A DNA stretch of 43,324 nt, taken from the NCBI GenBank assembly GCA_041572575.1, contig JBFFSH010000017.1:1-43324 (forward strand), given 5' to 3'. The stretch's first letter is position 1. The number at the start of each line of letters is the position of its first letter. The notes below the pieces were generated by a model, which was given only the letters and a program-made list of their open reading frames with translations, did no database searches and had not been told where the DNA came from. The position numbers were made by a program, and so were the translations under genes. Positions 41,078 through 43,324 of this stretch are shown here, one piece after another. This DNA is from Thermodesulfobacteriota bacterium (GTDB taxonomy: Bacteria > Desulfobacterota_D > UBA1144 > Nemesobacterales > N074bin48).

Positions 41078-42651
41078 GTAAAGCTAAAAAACTCTCTCCA
41101 TATGAAATAGAGATATTCAATAATATTCTTGGCTCCATAGCAGAAGAGATGGGCACGATGCTGATTCGGGCCGCTTACTCTCCTAATATAAAAGAAAGAA
41201 GGGACCTCTCCTGTGCGCTTTTTGAAGAAAACGGAGAGATGGTCTCTCAGGCAGCGCACATCCCCGTACATCTGGGCTCTATGAGTTTTGCGGTTAAATC
41301 CGTACTCAGCGAGCTTGATCTGAGTGAGGGTGATGTGCTGATCGTAAATGACCCATACAGAGGGGGCACGCACCTTCCTGATATAACAATAATTGCTCCG
41401 TTCTTCTATAAGAATAAAATAGAATATTTCCTGGCCTCAAGGGCGCACCATGCAGACGTTGGTGGTATAACGCCGGGCTCGATGCCTCTATCTAAGTCAA
41501 TATACGAAGAGGGGGTAATCATTCCTCCATCAAAGCTCTACTCCAGAGGCAAAATTAATAGAAAACTATTCAATAACATTATCAATTCCACAAGAGACCC
41601 CGAGGAAAGAAAGGGTGACTTTAATGCGCAGATTGGTGCGGTTAATCTGGGTCTTAAGAGGCTTAGAGAAGTAGTGGATAAATATTCACTATCTAAAATC
41701 AGAGCAGCCTCGGATCAGCTTTTGGAATACAGCGAGAGGATGATGAGGGTGGTGGTTAAGGATATTGAAAACGGCAGTTATGAGTTTGCTGATTATCTGG
41801 ATGGAGACGGCTTTAGCCCTAAGAAGATTAAGATAAAAGTAAAGATCACCATAAAAGGCAGTAAGGCCACTGTTGATTTTAGCGGTACGGATAAGCAGGT
41901 TGAGGGCTGTCTTAACTGTCCGCTAAGTGTTACCACGTCTGCCGTACTCTACGTCTTTCAGTGCCTGGCTCCAAAGGAGCTTCCGCTAAACTCAGGCTCG
42001 CTGCGGCCGGTAAAGATAGTCACAGAAAAGGGGACAGTCATAGACGCGGAATATCCGTCTGCTGTAGCAGGGGGAAATGTAGAGACTTCACAGAGGATAG
42101 TCGATGTTGTATTCGGAGCTTTATCAAAAGCAATCCCCGACAAGGTACCTGCCGCAAGCGCGGGAACCATGAGTAATGTTACATTTGGCGGCAGGGTAAG
42201 AAAGGGTAACGGCAAATTCGCATACTATGAGACCATAGCGGGTGGAATGGGGGCCAGGAATGGAATGGACGGGATAAGCGCAGTTCAGACTCATATGACA
42301 AACACACTCAATACCCCGATTGAATCTCTTGAGCGAGAGCTTCCGATCCTTGTTGATTCATATTCCATTAGAAAGAACAGCGGAGGGAAGGGCAGGTACA
42401 GCGGTGGAGACGGCATTGTCCGCGGGTATAAGTTTTTAACCGACGTAACTGTTACACTTATCACAGACAGAAGGAAGACATCACCCTACGGCATTAAGGG
42501 CGGGGCAAACGCAAAGCCCGGCAGGAACAGTGTTGTCATTAATGGCCGTAAAAAAGCTCTTCCTGCAAAGACTACTATGAGTTTGAAAAAAGGCAGTGTG
42601 CTCACGATTGAAACTCCGGGGGGAGGGGGTTGGGGAACAAAAATTATATAG
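41074..42651 (+). CDS. Hydantoinase B / 5-oxoprolinase subunit
   Basis: IAEEMG..L.R.A.SPNIKERRDLSCA, HIPVHLGSM, NDPY.GGTHLPD, GNVETSQR, TPGGGGWG. Confidence 0.93.
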   Translation: MSKAKKLSPYEIEIFNNILGSIAEEMGTMLIRAAYSPNIKERRDLSCALFEENGEMVSQAAHIPVHLGSMSFAVKSVLSELDLSEGDVLIVNDPYRGGTHLPDITIIAPFFYKNKIEYFLASRAHHADVGGITPGSMPLSKSIYEEGVIIPPSKLYSRGKINRKLFNNIINSTRDPEERKGDFNAQIGAVNLGLKRLREVVDKYSLSKIRAASDQLLEYSERMMRVVVKDIENGSYEFADYLDGDGFSPKKIKIKVKITIKGSKATVDFSGTDKQVEGCLNCPLSVTTSAVLYVFQCLAPKELPLNSGSLRPVKIVTEKGTVIDAEYPSAVAGGNVETSQRIVDVVFGALSKAIPDKVPAASAGTMSNVTFGGRVRKGNGKFAYYETIAGGMGARNGMDGISAVQTHMTNTLNTPIESLERELPILVDSYSIRKNSGGKGRYSGGDGIVRGYKFLTDVTVTLITDRRKTSPYGIKGGANAKPGRNSVVINGRKKALPAKTTMSLKKGSVLTIETPGGGGWGTKII

Positions 42652-42657
42652 ATATAA

Positions 42658-42936
42658 ATGACTGAATTTTACTCTATCTCTGGATTTATATTATTTATAA
42701 TTCTATTGATGTTATTTCTGGGATATTACTATTTAAAGTCTAGCATTGAAGATGATCCAGAGAATAATAAAGAAGAAGATTGGGCTAACAAAATATTCTT
42801 TGAATTTCAAGTTGCAAAACGAGTATTAGGAAAAAAATTAGCTACTAAAGGATTAAAAGTTTGGTACAGCATTTCTTTATTAATATGGGGTGTATTAATA
42901 TTAATTTTTCTGATTTGGATTGTATTTGATCCATAG
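42658..42936 (+). CDS. Hypothetical two-TM membrane protein
   Basis: Hydrophobic N- and C-terminal helices around a charged loop. Confidence 0.65.
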   Translation: MTEFYSISGFILFIILLMLFLGYYYLKSSIEDDPENNKEEDWANKIFFEFQVAKRVLGKKLATKGLKVWYSISLLIWGVLILIFLIWIVFDP

Positions 42937-42972
42937 TTAGAATAATGGGGAATCATTCAAACTATACAAAAC

Positions 42973-43010
42973 TGTCATTGCAAAGTTCACAAAGTGAACT
43001 GTGGCAATCT
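42973..43010 (+). repeat. TGTC/CGTC-tagged REP-like palindrome
   Basis: TGTC-ATTGC-aa-AGTTCAC-aaa-GTGAACT-gtg-GCAAT-ct; the start CTGTCATTGC recurs at 43175-43184. Confidence 0.7.
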
Positions 43011-43184
43011 CGCTTTTAATACCCCTACATGAACTCTCTAAATATATAAGTCCACTAATATCCAAAGAATCTGCTCTCCTAATATACATACATACTGTAT
43101 GTATAAATTAGAGGCCTAAGAGTCTCTAACTCAGGAACCCGAAAACGGCAGTCCTTTCAACGGACTGCCCACAGCTGTCATTGC

Positions 43185-43324
43185 TGTAGATGTCACATAA
43201 TTCGCAGACAAAATACATAAGTAACTAAGTAGAGGGGGTATTTTGTTAAGATGCGAATAAACAGGAGTGATTTAAAACTTAAGAAAAACTATATACAGAA
43301 GTACAGGTTTTTAATCAGTCAGTA
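43185..43324 (+). mobile_element. Left end of probable IS481-family element
   Basis: Starts TGTAGATGTCACATAATT (5'-TGT end typical of IS481), followed by a G-rich RBS and an ORF running off the window. Confidence 0.68.
43251..43324 (+). CDS. Probable IS481-like/integrase-core transposase, N-terminal fragment
   Basis: MRINRSDLKLKKNYIQKYRFLISQY..., resembling from memory the N-terminus (D..L..NY.QK..FLI.EY) of a group of IS481-like transposases; only 24 codons visible. Confidence 0.62.
   Translation, partial: MRINRSDLKLKKNYIQKYRFLISQ

Noticed and set aside
42937..43089. About 50-aa minus-strand ORF MYIRRADSLDISG... crossing the REP
   Set aside because: No RBS, no recognisable features, and it reads through a repeat.
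43093..43112. LexA/SOS box-like TACTGTATGTATA
   Set aside because: Lacks the distal CAG half-site; better explained as one arm of the 10-bp palindrome.
1..43324. Composite transposon or genomic island spanning the window; CRISPR, tRNA or rRNA
   Set aside because: The flanking ISs are different families and the cargo is core housekeeping. No repeat-spacer array or RNA gene pattern was seen by eye.

Overview
AT-rich bacterial chromosomal segment made mostly of housekeeping genes. Gene order and protein style suggest a deltaproteobacterial-grade Gram-negative, possibly Ca. Dadabacteria/Desulfobacterota; this is inference only. Both ends run into insertion sequences missed by the ORF track: the 3' end of an IS1595-family transposase with its right end (1-128), and the left end plus 5' part of a probable IS481-family transposase (43185-43324) that appears to have inserted into a TGTC-tagged REP-like palindrome. 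Between them lie a D-amino-acid oxidase, CYTH, a DEAD-box helicase, uppS-dxr-rseP-DUF58, a split transketolase, ctpA with a divergent polysaccharide deacetylase, dnaG-rpoD, fumC, an rpoN-hpf-ptsN-hprK-rapZ-EIIA cluster, eno-leuCD, a 7-blade FG-GAP lipoprotein, a MacAB-TolC-type exporter, hemW, a lone sucD, Trm112, envelope enzymes and a lone hydantoinase B. The most notable observations are an ATA start codon for uppS, an RseP with an extra PDZ on the predicted cytoplasmic side, a recurring leaderless-mRNA signature (-10 box 6-8 nt before ATG), IS insertion into a REP beside a three-hairpin structured region, and two 59-aa genes below the ORF cutoff. I saw no CRISPR, tRNA, rRNA or clear new multi-gene defence system.
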